A DNA stretch of 64,000 nucleotides from assembly GCA_028534125.1 (NCBI GenBank), contig CM052816.1, positions 41,790,001 to 41,854,000 on the forward strand, in the 5' to 3' direction. Source of the stretch: Lama glama (Eukaryota). Below, one piece after another: positions 24,593-36,589 of the stretch. Made by a program: the position numbers and the translations under genes. The notes under the pieces were generated by a model. The model had not been told where the DNA came from. It was given only the letters and a program-made list of their open reading frames with translations, and did not search any database. Position 1 is the stretch's first letter, and the number at the start of each line of letters is the position of its first letter.

Positions 24593-25784
24593 TGTACCCG
24601 GACAAAATCTGAAAATATTACTGGAGATTTACTAGTTTTGTCTGGAGTCTTCCTCCTTCCAGCTTCCCCACCAGAAATAGCCTTTATTGCTTCAGGGGAG
24701 ATTATTTGCCCCCAGGAAGTCATCACCCAAAAGAATCTAAAAAGTACAAAGATGTTGGTTGACAAGCAGCTTTTTCATTTACAGATAGGGACTTTGTGAG
24801 AGGAAAAGGTTTTTTTTTAGTGAAGAAGCTGGATGTTGAATGTCAAGGAATAATTCCATCATTTCTTTGTATGTTCTATACATAATAAAATTTAGAAGAA
24901 TGCCTGATAATCTAAAAACTGTATCCTGTCCTATGTAAGATTAAGGTATCAGCTGTAGGAAAATCAAAGAAGATGATGGTTTCCTGGGCAGAGACCTAGC
25001 AACCTGTCCACTCTCAGCTGAGTACTGTGGGGAAGGCACTTCAGGTAACAACAGTGAGGAGAGATACCAAGGCAGAGAAACCATTACCTAGCTTCCTTTA
25101 TGAAACTAGTGGAACCTGTAAGTCTTGTGCAGCATCTTTGCATCCAGCATTGTAACTGGTATCAATGCCTGAATGAGGTGTCTTGTCAGTGACTTGAAAG
25201 CTATTTTAAGAGCCCTCCACTCTTCCCCCTTGATATGGGAGGGAATCCAAGTGTATCCTGTGTCCCTAAGTGGCATGTCGAGGTGGTTAGGATCCCACAG
25301 TCCTGGAGAGGTCTCTTGATAAGAACAAGGAGGGAGGAGAATGACCTATATGGACCTGGTGCCTGGAAGGCAGAGGTGATGAGGCAGGAGAATGTGTGGG
25401 ATAGTGAAGACTAGTATGGGCTTTACACATCAGTAGAAGCCAGCCTGGACAGATGCCCATCCTCATGGCACAAACACCTCTCTCTAATGCGAGGATGACA
25501 AAGAAGCTTTCCAGGAGCTTAGATCACCCATGGTAGAAGGGAGGGTAAAGATAGAGTGGTGGGAAAGAGAGGGGAAGTAGGGATGCTTGAACTTTAAAAT
25601 GCTAAAGTAATCAAATATGTACCCCCCAAATAAATTTTAAATTGGAAATAACTGAGTTTAACATTAATTGGAAAATTTAAATTTTTTACTACTGAGAAGA
25701 AATGGGGCTTTGAAAACTCAGAAATCAGAAAACCATATGTTTGCATAATCTGAGTTTTTGACTGTGAAGTTTGTACCAACTATA
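24593..25784 (+). mobile_element. Old ERV1-class solo LTR (LTR78/LTR79-like), about 1.2 kb
   Basis: Start TGTACCCGGACAAAATCT..ACTAGTTTTGTCTGGAGTC..TTTATTGCTTCAGGGGAGATTAT and end AAATGGGGCT..TTGCATAATCTGAGTTTTTGACTG..TTGTACCAACTATA resemble LTR78 termini from memory. Confidence 0.55.
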
Positions 25785-25799
25785 TAATCAACTTTACAT

Positions 25800-25985
25800 G
25801 AATGGAATCCCTCTAAATATGTTGCTTTCTAACTTTTTTTTTTCACTTAACAATATGTAGTAGCTATTTCTTCAATTCAGGACATGTAGATACTCAACAT
25901 CCCTTTAAATGAGTATGTAGAGTCCAATGTATATTTGTCTAACCATTCTTCAATATTGGGCCTTTAACCTGCTTCTATGTATTAT
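25800..25985 (-). mobile_element. L1ME-type 3' UTR fragment
   Basis: TTTTTTCACTTAACAATATG...CTTTAAATG..TATGTAG..TCCAATGTAT...TAACCATTC pattern of old antisense L1 3' UTR. Confidence 0.55.
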
Positions 25986-27039
25986 TTACCTTTGATACAG
26001 TTCTGGGCAGGATTCTTCTCGTAGTCACTGCAAAGGGAGTAAGTTTTTATCATCTAGTTGGCTGTAATTTTCCACATTTGTTTGACTTTAAGTGAGCTAT
26101 GTTTTTATAGTTTGAGAAGTCTTTCACAGATTGGACATTGTGACTAGAACTTTCCTTATTGTGTAGTCATGGTATCTCAAGCTTGGGATGTATTTCATTT
26201 TAGTGGATCTTTACTTGACCTCTGGTATGTGATCACCTATGTTATTTCCCCCAAAGTTCCACATTTCCTAAGACAAAACATAATGAGAAATGGAATTCTG
26301 CCACGTAACTGTTATAAATCCCCAATGAAAATATTGTCCATATAATTTATATTGTTTCATTTTTGAATTGCATTTTGTTAATGTACACAGATAAAACTTG
26401 ACTAGTTTGTACTACTTTAGGGGAAAAGGCTTCAGTGTTTATATCAACAAGTCACATACCTATGTTTGGCTGATTTCATAAAAGAAGATGATTATTTAAC
26501 ATGAAACTCATTTATTTTAAGATGCCCATTTTCTATCTTTTTTTCTTCAAGTAAAGAGTTGTGATTCAGTTGGTTAAGAAATAATCAGGCATGCTCTTTA
26601 AATCTTTGAAAAAATTGCTTTTAAAATAAAATTTTTATCCTCCTTGGATAAAGACTCTCTAAAGAATATTATGAGGAGTTTTGTATGGGGGATTTGGCGG
26701 GAGAAAACAATTAGATGTTCACAGTGACTGTGAATGTTTATTCAGCACTCAGCATAATGAAACTCCCAGTAACATCATAGAGAACAAGAGCTCAGTAACT
26801 GACTGCTGACGGAATAAGTGACTGAGTTAATGATTGAATGACTCAGTGGCACAAGAAATCAGACATGCAGCAGATGCATGTCTGATTCTCTAATGGTAAT
26901 AGGGCAACTGATCCCTGAATTAATTGTATTAGTATTGTCTTGCAACAGCTACTCAGTTTACATGTATGTTTCAGCCACTAAAATATAAACAAGGCCCAGA
27001 CTGACCTACTTGTGCAAAGCTGACTGTCATGCTAAGGAA

Positions 27040-27340
27040 ACTTCCAGTTACCAAGGTACAAGTAGTAGGTAAAAGTGACAGCATAAGGGAAGCATGGAGG
27101 AAAACAGACACTTGAAGAGATATTAATTTTATAAGAAAGTGAATCATCCATGGTTGCTTAACAGAAATACATTTTCTGTAAGTGCTCTGAGAGTAGAGAG
27201 ACTGTAAATAGGACTTTGAAAGGCAGAAAAAAGGAATTCTGTGCAGAGAGAACAGCACCAACAAAGACGAAAAGTGGGAAAGAGCAGGAAATGTTGAGGG
27301 AAGAGTACTCTGCGTGGAGTGCCAAATGTTTGAGGAGAAG
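27040..27340 (-). mobile_element. L2 fragment
   Basis: Purine-rich, with GGAATTCTGTGCAGAGAGAACAGCAC..CAAAGAC, an antisense L2 motif. Confidence 0.55.
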
Positions 27341-27430
27341 GAGAAGGTACAACTACGCCTGGAAAAAGAGGCTGCTTTGGATGAGCCTTCAGGGGGAATA
27401 ACCTTTAGTTACAGCTCAGTGAATTTACAA

Positions 27431-27761
27431 CTGTGCTGTCTTATATGGTAGCCACTAGTCACACTGAGATATGCCACAATTATAAAATACACATCAGTTT
27501 TTAAAGACTTAGTATGAACAAAATGATGTAAAATATCTCATTAATAATTTTTATACTAATGACATGTTAAAATAATAATGTTTGGGATGGAGTTAAACAA
27601 AATGTATTATTAACTACATATTATTACATATATATTATAGAAATTTCACTTGTTTCTCTTTATACTCTTCAATGTGGCTGCTATGTTTAAGATTACATAC
27701 TTGGCTCACATATGTGGCTTGTGTTGGTGACTCTCATTCTATTTCTATTGAATGGTGCTAG
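27431..27761 (-). mobile_element. MER33-like hAT-Charlie element
   Basis: CTGTGCTGTCTTATATGGTAGCCACTAGTCACA...AAAGACTTAGTATGA...TGTAAAATATCTCATTAATAATTTTTAT...CATTCTATTTCTATTGAATGGTGCTAG. Confidence 0.85.
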
Positions 27762-29169
27762 TCTAGACTCTTACCTGGAAGCAAGGACTATCTGGGGTAT
27801 TGAGGATAGTAGTGAAGGACTGGACTTACTATCTTTGGGGTGACATTAGCTTAGCTACACTGATAGAATAGGGAGTAGAAAGTGTAGGATTGGAGCTTGG
27901 AGAATAGAATTGAGAAACATCTCACAGAGGTAGTCATATAGAGGCTAAGCTGTGTTTGTGAGGCTGAGCTGTGAAGATATGGATGTGAATAACATCTCCT
28001 AGGGAGGACGTGTCTGCAGAGAGCAGCTTGGAGCAGAGGAAACAACCTGAGATATGACAGGCTGAGCATGACTTTTACCTTGAATTTTTAAAACTTTAAG
28101 GTATAATTTATATAAAAGGTATTAGAAGAAACAAAACGAAATCAAGCCATCACCAACAACAACTCTCTGACTTATTTAATGAATGCTGCAATGTTAAGGA
28201 GCAATTTCAAAAGATGAAATCAGAAGGCTGAGTGGCCCTCATATGTACACATTGTAAAGAATTTAATCTGTAGTTCATTAATGAAAGGCATCTTGAGAGA
28301 TGGAAGATTAGAGACAAGAAATGTAAAATAAGTCAGTTAGAAAGTACAAATCTGAAAGGATTCTCTGTGGCCTGTCATGCCTAAATGTGCTTATAGTGGT
28401 AGGATGAGATTTTTTTTTTAATGAATTAATTGCACTCATAATTGTCCCTCCTCCTCAAAGAGAGGCAAATGAAATCCTGGCAAGCTGTAAAATCTCCACC
28501 TCAAGGGATAATTTGTTAGGTCTGGCATTTTCAGGCACTGCTGATGAGTTCTGCCTACTACTTGTGTTGATGAAAGGATGAGCAATTCAGCCTCATTTCC
28601 TATGAGTGACTGAAACCTTGAAACTTTCCATGGTTTCACTGGTGATTGTATTGATGGAAAGGTTTGCATCACAGGCAGCCTTTGCACCCACGTTGACTCC
28701 AGGCAAAACTAGAACTCTGCCCAGAGTTAGGACACACCATTCACTAAAAAGGAAGAGCCACATTGTGGCAGTGCTAGGAATTCCACTGCTAAGGCTAACT
28801 GTGTAATGGGGACAGATTGAGAGAAGTGTGGATGTTTTATATTTGAAAATCTAAAAGAATGAAAAGCAAACTGTGAAATCGTAGCTTAGCTTTATCCTTT
28901 TTATAAACTCTGGAAGAAAAAACACATTCTGTAGTTTAATCAAGTGAGGAATGCAGTGCACACACTTCTTAGAGATTAATCTAGATGTTAAAAAGTTAAA
29001 CCTACCGTAAAAATACTGGTGCTTTTAAGATCCACCGATTTCAGCAGATCAAGACAGTCATTCAAATTTATCTTTCTTCCAGTGTCTGAGGAAAACACTG
29101 TCTCATCCTTTGAACCAGGGGCAAACTGGCCTCTCTGTGCTTTTGGCCATGGGCTTTGAAACTGTAGGA

Positions 29170-29325
29170 TATATTTAAGAATCACTTAGAGAACTTGCTA
29201 AAATATGGATTGGCTAGAGCCAACAGATATTTAATAGCAACCGTAAATATGCTTTGTAGCAATCACCTTATGGCACTTTGATGCAGAAGGTCTTGAACTA
29301 TAGCTTTAAGTAACAGTTTTCTAGG
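29170..29325. mobile_element. MER5-like hAT fragment
   Basis: AGAATCACTTAGAGAACTTGCTAAAATATGGATT ... TTTGATGCAGAAGGTCTTGAACTATAGCTTTAAGTAACAGT; degenerate. Confidence 0.5.
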
Positions 29326-30014
29326 ATAAGATATCACCAGGCCACATTAAAATAGAAACAGAATGTTAATTTGGATGAGGCACTGACATTTTAATACTGA
29401 TTAGGAATACATGGACCAAGTATCTCTTGTTGCCTTTGGAAACCATTTTTCCACAGTAAACCAACCAGTAATTACATATATGTCTGAAGTCACAAATACT
29501 GTTATCCATGGATGTCAAAATATAAACACATGAAATATGTACGTGAATATTTTAGTCTTGAGGTTTTGTGGTTGTTATTTAGACCTTGTCACTCTCTGTG
29601 GTTTTATTGGTTCTCAAGCAGTTCAGTCTTCATAAATACCTAGTACAGCCAGTTCTTGTCTTTCCAGGAAGTGAGAAGACGTGAATTTTCAATAAATAAA
29701 TAGTAAATGATACAGCAATACAGTTGTGGGTTATAACAAACATAATACAATTCCTATCTCTGATACCTGTCTTGTATGATTTTATTCACCAAGTTACCAG
29801 TGTGAAGGGATGCTAGTGTGAGATATTAACCAGTTTGCACTCTCCCTTTCCCCACTGCTGCCACAGTCACAGTAGTCATTGGGAGCTATCTCCATATGGC
29901 TACCAAGTACAAAGCCTTGTTACTGCATGGAACTGCTTTCACAGCATAGCCAGAAGACATCAATTTTGGACATAATTTAGAAAGGTTTGGAAGAATTTTT
30001 GAGGACTCTTGGCC

Positions 30015-30444
30015 CTGCTTTGTTTCTGTAACAAATTACCACAAACTGGTGGCTTAAAACAAAACATATTCACTATTTTACAGTCCTGGAGGTCAGAGTC
30101 CAAAATAGGCTGCATTACATCTGGAGTCTGTAGGGGAAGATCTTTCCTTGCAATTTCAAGTCTTTAGAGGCTGCCTGACTCCTTGGCTCATGGTCCCTTC
30201 TTCTGTCTTCAAAACAGCAGCAGAATAGCATCTTTGAATTTCTCTGACTCTGACTCTGTCTTCTTCTCATAAGAACCCTTGTGATGACACTAGCCCACCC
30301 AGAAATCCTGTTTAATCTCTTCATCTCAAGGTCTGTAACTTAATCACATTTGTAAAATCCCTTGTGCCATGTAAGGTAACATATTTATACATTCCAGGGA
30401 CTAGTATGTGACCATCTTTAGGGAGCCATTGTTTTGCCTACCTC
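30015..30444 (-). mobile_element. MaLR solo LTR (MLT1D/MLT1C-like)
   Basis: CTGTAACAAATTACCACAAACTGGTGGCTTAAAACAA ... GCCATGTAAGGTAACATAT ... GCCATTGTTTTGCCTACCTCA. Confidence 0.9.
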
Positions 30445-30574
30445 ATCTACCATAGATAAAATCTTTGGGCTGGTAAAGAAGAGAGTCAATGGGAACTTAA
30501 GAGAGTTTGGTGTTGGAGTAAGTCTCCAAAAAATCTACTCCCTGCCCATTTCAAGTTAACTATGAGAATATTCC

Positions 30575-30700
30575 AGCTCAGTGGTAGAGCACGTGCCTAG
30601 CATGCATGGGGTCCTGGGTTCGATCCCCAGTACCTCCATTAAATAAATAAATAAACCTAATTACTCTATCCCCCCAAACCCAAAACAAACAAAAATTTAA
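30575..30700 (+). mobile_element. Camelid tRNA-derived SINE (vic-1 type), slightly 5'-truncated
   Basis: A box AGCTCAGTGGTAGAGC, B box GGGTTCGATCCC, body CCAGTACCTCC, then (TAAA)n, CCTAATTAC and an A-rich tail. Confidence 0.9.
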
Positions 30701-30954
30701 ACTGCATTGCTTTATAAAGTTAATTTTTAGTGTCCATACAGTTGAGTATTATGACTTAACCATTTTATACCCCTATCTTTTAAAGAAATCTTCAAAGTTT
30801 TAGGTGTAATCTCATAGAAGTCCTAGGAAAAATTAGGACATCAGTAAAGCTTCTTTAGCTCTCATTCATTCTTCCCATATTTTGTTTACTTTTTGTTCCC
30901 TTTCTTAAGCCTCTATCTTGATAGCCCAATGCCTTCTATTTATTAAAAATTTAG

Positions 30955-31460
30955 TGCTCCAAAACTTGACTCAAGTAATAAGGGACTTACTCACCAATAT
31001 AACTAGAAAATCTTGTGAGAATTGAAATTTAGGGTTAGTTTGATCCAAATCCTAATAGCTTAAATCATGTCATTGAGGTGGCAGACCCATGTCTTTGTGG
31101 TTTCTCATTGCTGTCCTCTGCTTATTCAACTTGTCCTTGGGCTGGTTTATCTTATGATTGCAGCAAAGCTGCCAGCTATAGCATCCATGACTACCAGGTT
31201 TTGCATAGATCTAGGAGAAGATCTCAAAACCATGAAATAAATATCCTGAGCCTTTTACAAGAGTGATTTGGTTATACCCACTCCTAAATCATTAACTATG
31301 TCAGTGGAACCCCATGTTCTGATTAGCTTAGCTTTACTTATATTACTATACCTGAATCCAAAAATGATTCAAATGGCTTAGATCCATCGCAGTCTACCTA
31401 TGGAGCTGGAGTGAGATCAATCTTTCTCATATCCCTCAACTTCTGTACAAAGGGGAGAGA
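30955..31460 (-). mobile_element. Old MaLR LTR (MLT1J/K/L-like)
   Basis: ACTTGACTCAAGTAATAAGGGA..ATAACTAGAAAATC..., CCCACTCCTAAATCATTAACT...TTCTGATTAGCTTAG; degenerate. Confidence 0.45.
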
Positions 31461-32682
31461 TGGAAGAGATGCTTTCCCTAGAGTTGCTTTTACCTATGAG
31501 AACCCTCTGTGTTTCCCTCATTAAATTATCATATTATTTTATATAATCTCAAGATTTCCAAGTCATCCATTTTCTTAATTTGATAAGGTAAGGCATTTCA
31601 TTGAAGGTGCTTCCAAGAAAATTCATGGCTCTTTGGAGTCAATAGGCTGCTTTTATTTTACTAGAAAATTAGAGCAATTCAGGCATAGTAGATAAGACCA
31701 ACTCCATGGATGATTAGCAGGGAGCATCTTTGGGGTGCTACAAATTGAATAATTCTTGGTGAATGACTGAATGTAATTTTCTTTTTTCTTTTTTCTTTTT
31801 TTTTTTTTTTCATTTTTAAAGGCTAGAGGAAGAGTGGCTTTATCAATCAATGAGGGACTATTCCTGGCCCTGATGAAGGCACTTTTGGATAAGATGAGTC
31901 ATTGATAAACTAGAATAAAATGACTCATATCTTTGTGTATTGGATGACTCTTAACGTGCACACTATCAATCCTGGGGGAGTGATTTCACTCTATATTTGA
32001 AAGTCAAATTGGGGGCCTTTTTTTTTTTTACAACTCTGCTTGACACAATAGGCTATAATGGGTCTTTTAGGCTTTTTTGGGTCTAACCTACTTATAAAAT
32101 TATTCACTGTAATGGTTTCTTTGGAGCAGTGACAGGACTTGATATAAATGTTTGTTAAGAACTGCCAGCTTTGCTGATTACATCACCACTGATGGCAAAT
32201 AGAAGCTTTAGGGATGGTAAGGATTTGGGAGACAAGGCACTGCTTTATCAGATGACAGGAAAGAACTGATGAGAGTTATTGATTCTGAGTACATGCTATT
32301 CTTAGAGCCTAAAGGATTTCATACATATGAATTTGTTTTTTGGTATAGTGTGTTTTACACATATTAGAATGTACATATAAAAGTATATTGAAAATATAGT
32401 GCATAAAGTTACATGAATATTTTTGTTTTATGTACAAAGTATACAAAAACAAATAAATATTTGTTGGATGGATAAATAAAGTAGGTATACTATTTTACGT
32501 GCTAATTTTTCATGAATTTTTAAAGCTAACTAGTGATTCTGAAATATGTTCTCAGTTCTTCATAGAAGACATGGAGGAACAGTTTACCAACTTCTATTAT
32601 GTGATAAGTTAGCCAATTTGTATTTAACTTATATTCTGAATAATGAAGTGGGATAAACTTTCTCAAGAAGAATCAGTTTGAA

Positions 32683-33515
32683 CTACCTCACATCATGCAC
32701 AAAAATAAGCTCAAAATGGCTTAAGGCCTTGAACATAAAACAAGATACCATAAACCTACTAAAAGAGAACATAGGCAAAACATTCTCTGATTATAAATTA
32801 TAGCACTGTTTTCCTAGGGTAATCTACTGAGGCAATAGAAGTAAAACTAAAAACAAACAAATGGGACCTAATTAAAATTATAAGCTTTTGCACAGCAAAG
32901 GAAACCATAAATAAAATGAAAAGACAACCTACAGAATCGGAGAAAATATTTGCAAACAATGTGACTGAAAAGAGGTTAACTTCCAGAGTATTCAAATAGC
33001 TCATAAAACTCAATAACAAAAAAAACAAACAACCCAATCCAAAAATGGGCAGAAGACCTAAACAAACATTTTTCCAATGAAGACATAACTGGCCAATAGG
33101 CACATGAAAAAATGCTCAATATTGCTAACTATTAGAGAAATGCAAATCAAAAGTGCAATGAGGTATCACCTCACACCAGTCAGAATGGCCATCATTAAAA
33201 AATCCTCAAATAAAAAAAACTTAGAAGGGTGTGGAGAAAAGGCAACCCTCCTACACTGTTGGTGAGAATGTAGTTTGGTGCAGCCATTATGGAAAACAGT
33301 ATGGAGTCCTTAAAAAACTGAAAACAAACTTACCCAGCAATCCCACTCCTGGGCATATATCAGGAGGAAACTCTAATTCGAAAAAATACATGTACCCATA
33401 TGTTCATAGCAGCACTGTTTATAGTAGCCAAGACATGGAAACAACCTAAATGTCCATTGATGGATGACTGGATAAAGAATTTGTGGTATATGTGTGTGTG
33501 TGTGTATTTTATATA

Positions 33516-33559
<44 letters not shown>

Positions 33560-34022
33560 ATAAAACTCAGCCATAAAGAAGAATAAAATAGTGCCATTTG
33601 CAGCAACATGGATGGGCCTGGAGATCATCATTCTAACTGAAGTAAGCCAGAACGAAAGACAAGTACCATATGATATCACTTATATGTGAAATCTGAGGGG
33701 AAATAAAAGGACACAAATGAACTTATTTACAAAATAGAGACAGAGTCACAGACATAGAAAACAAACTTACGGTTACCAGGAGGGAAGGTGTGTGGGGAGG
33801 GAGAAATTGGGAGTTTGGGATTTGTAGATACTAATAAATATATATATAATGGATAAACAACAAGGTCCTACTGTATAGCACAGGGAGCTATATTCAAATA
33901 CCTTGTAATGGCCTATGATGGAAGAGAATGTAAAAAGAATATACGTATATGTATAAATAATCACTATGCTGTATGCCAGAAATTAACTCAACATTGTAAA
34001 TTGACTATACTTCAATAAAAAT
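32683..34022 (+). mobile_element. 5'-truncated cetartiodactyl-type L1 (ORF2 C-terminus + 3' UTR) with TSD
   Basis: Decayed ORF2 reads YLTSCTKISSKWLKALNIKQDTINLLKENIGKTF, and the CCHC-region motif [25 protein letters not shown] is present. The 3' end is GACTATACTTCAATAAAA. TSD AAGAATCAGTTTGAA at 32668-32682 and 34023-34037. Confidence 0.95.
33487..33559. repeat. (TG)n/(TA)n compound microsatellite inside the L1
   Basis: Directly visible. Confidence 0.95.
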
Positions 34023-34554
34023 AAGAATCAGTTTGAATTTCAGAACATAACAAAATTTACTGATTTGCTTGGCACCTTATATGCTTGGAATGAGCATAAT
34101 TAAGAGCATCTAAATATAAGATCCAGTATTGCATTTAGAATTGAGCTGTACCAACAATAATACTATAGTATATTTTGGGCTAACCTAACCATCTGCTTAT
34201 CCTGATGAGAAGATGTATGAGAAAGAATCATCTACAGATGGGACTCTGAAAAAATCAATTTCTTTTTGTCATTAACTTTTATTTTGTGGAGGAATAGACA
34301 GGTGCACAGCTAAAAGAACTAAAAACGAATTAGTAGCAAATCCAGACTGCTTTTGCTCTTCATGGGGTGTTAGAACTGTTAGTCTTAATCAAGTTAACTT
34401 TCTTATCATGCATAAGGAAGCTCAAGCAGGTTAGAGAATTCATTCTGGGGCTCACAGTTGCTAAATAGTAAAATTGATCTTTTTGGCAGTTGGAACTATT
34501 TTGACATTTTGTCTGCAGTTCTGAAGCTACAGGTAGGATCAAGATTTGGTATTT

Positions 34555-34960
34555 GTAGTCCTACATTTGGATGAATTTTCATTTTATTCTAAATGCAATG
34601 GGGAAGTCTTTGGAGAATTTTTATGATTAATTTACATTTTAAGAAGGAATGATTGCTTCTACTGTGTGGATCAGAGGGCAGATTGGACAGGAGCAAGAGT
34701 GGAAGTAGGGAGATGAATTAGGATGCTCCTATAATCAGCAGATGAGAGGCATGGAGTTTTAGGCTGGAAATGATGGCTTGGAAAATCTGAAATATTTAAA
34801 AGTAGAATGATAAACTGGTTGTTAGGAGAGAGACAGGGAAATTAACAAGAATTCCTAGATATCTGGCCTTAATGGATGGTGGAATGAGGGTGTTATTTAC
34901 AGGTGTGAGGAAGTCTAGGTAGGGTAGTAAGTTTTAGGGGTGTTTTTGGTGAGAAATTAA
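34555..34960 (-). mobile_element. L2 fragment
   Basis: TTTTATTCTAAATGCAATGGGGAAGTC, GCAAGAGTGGAAGTAGGGAGA, CAGATGAGAGG antisense L2 motifs. Confidence 0.75.
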
Positions 34961-35056
34961 TATGCACATGCACACCATACTACCAGGTTTGACTTAGATG
35001 CCCTTCCATATACTCCCATAGTAAACATAGTCTTTGTTTGTATTGTGAAATTAATT

Positions 35057-35540
35057 TGTAATTGCCCATCCAGAGTTAATTCTTTTCTTTTCCCCCTTTA
35101 CAACAGAATTTTAGTTTTGTTGGTGGCAGTAGTGTGTTCGGATAAAGCTTAATTTCCTTGCCTCAAATGAAGTAAAAGTGACCGTGATAGAAGTGACAAA
35201 TCTGGTCAGTGAGAAAAGATTACTGTTGGGCGGGGTTTCTAAGGAAGCTTAAAAGGGACAGAGATTCAGATGGCACATGCCCTATTTTCCCTTTGCATTC
35301 CTCCCTACTTTCTGCCTGAAATGAGGATGCAATCACTAGAAGTATGGCCACCTAATAAAAGACCGAAGACCATGAAAGACCAAAAACAATCATATAGACC
35401 TCAATATTGATATCATTGAGTTACTTCACTAACCCTGAGTTGATTTCATCTATATTTCTTGTTACATGAGAAGAAAATGAAGCTTATTTTGTTAAGCCAC
35501 AGTTATCTAAGTTTTCTGCTGCACAGACTCTAACTGATAG
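35057..35540 (+). mobile_element. MaLR LTR (MLT1J/K-like)
   Basis: TTTCTGCCTGAAATGAGGATG...TTTCTTGTTACATGAGAAGAAAAT..TTGTTAAGCCAC...CTAACTGATA 3' end. Confidence 0.7.
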
Positions 35541-35690
35541 CATTCATCATCACACTCTGTGTTGTGAATTGTGTTTTCTTGTCTTACCCACCAGATAAGT
35601 TCCTTGGGTTCAGAGTCCTTGCTTTATCTGTCTTTGTATTCATGGCACTCAGCGCAGGATTAACACATGATAGACACTGTAAAAACTAGT
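35541..35690 (+). mobile_element. L2 3' fragment
   Basis: CCACCAGATAAGTTCCTTGGGTTCAGAG..TGTCTTTGTATTC..GCACTCAGCGCAG..ACACATGATAGACACT. Confidence 0.65.
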
Positions 35691-35983
35691 ACAGAGTAAC
35701 TTGATAATCACATCATCAACATAGGTAAGCTAGATAAGACTAGGAACAGAGATAAGCCTAGAGTGCTCAGATTTACTTACCTCCTGTATCTGAGTCTTGT
35801 GATGAGAAACTTCTTAACATAATATTCTTCCTTTGCCCACAGTTAATATCAAAAGAAATCTCAGGGTTCCAGAGGATTTTCTCCCATAAATATCTGTAGT
35901 CATTCCAAAATGTCAAAATTTTATATGCATTTATATTAACCAAAGAAATTTCATGCTGGGTATCACATTTAAACCTCATTGCA

Positions 35984-36114
35984 GGAGGGGAGAGTATAGC
36001 TCAAGTGATAGAGTGCATGGTTAGCATGCACAAGGTCCTGGGTTCAATCCCCAGTACATCTTCTAAAAACAAATAAATCTAATTACCTCCCCCTTGCAAA
36101 AAAAAACCAAAAAC
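35984..36114 (+). mobile_element. Camelid tRNA-derived SINE (vic-1 type), full length with TSD
   Basis: GGAGGGGAGAGTATAGCTCAAGTGATAGAGTGC (A box), GGGTTCAATCCC (B box), A-rich tail. TSD TTAAACCTCATT at 35969-35980 and 36115-36126. Confidence 0.95.
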
Positions 36115-36589
36115 TTAAACCTCATTATAAAATTTGCATTTTACTCGTTAGGAAAATAAGATCTAAAATACCTAAGTGATACAATCAAAATAACAATAAA
36201 TGTTGGTGGCAGAGTTTCAATAAAAAGTTCAAAATCTTTTGAAGCCTACACCAGTATCACTTTTAACACATCTCGCCAAGGAATTTTTAAAGAAAGAGTA
36301 AATGTGGATAAAATATATCATATAATATATAAGAAAACATGATACAAACTGTAGAAATTATGCACAATGCAATTAATACCATATAATACAATGAAAATAT
36401 GTAAAATATGGACAAATGAAAATTAGATATATTTTATTTTAATTATGATGTGATCAAAATGAATAATGCTCAGGTGAACAGTTTTCAGTTATAGTCATAC
36501 ACTTACAAATGGGAGGCTTAAATATAATTTTATGAGTTCTTTCCAGATATGTCTTACCTAGTTTAGATTCTTGTCAAATTGGTATGTGT

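Noticed and set aside
30575..30640. tRNA-like sequences (also 35984 and 47788)
   Set aside because: They continue into SINE body and A-tail, one has a TSD, and none has a proper acceptor stem; these are SINEs, not tRNA genes.
31775..31815. Other T-rich or A-rich tracts (also 37711-37731 and 40088-40146) as orphan poly(A) insertions
   Set aside because: No flanking direct repeat found.
32798..33964. Hydrophobic 60-100 aa ORFs
   Set aside because: Antisense or off-frame translations of the L1 copy and its microsatellite.
35781..35893. Possible minus-strand exon with perfect GAG|GTAAGT donor
   Set aside because: The acceptor has a poor pyrimidine tract and the peptide is unrecognisable; isolated consensus donors are common by chance.
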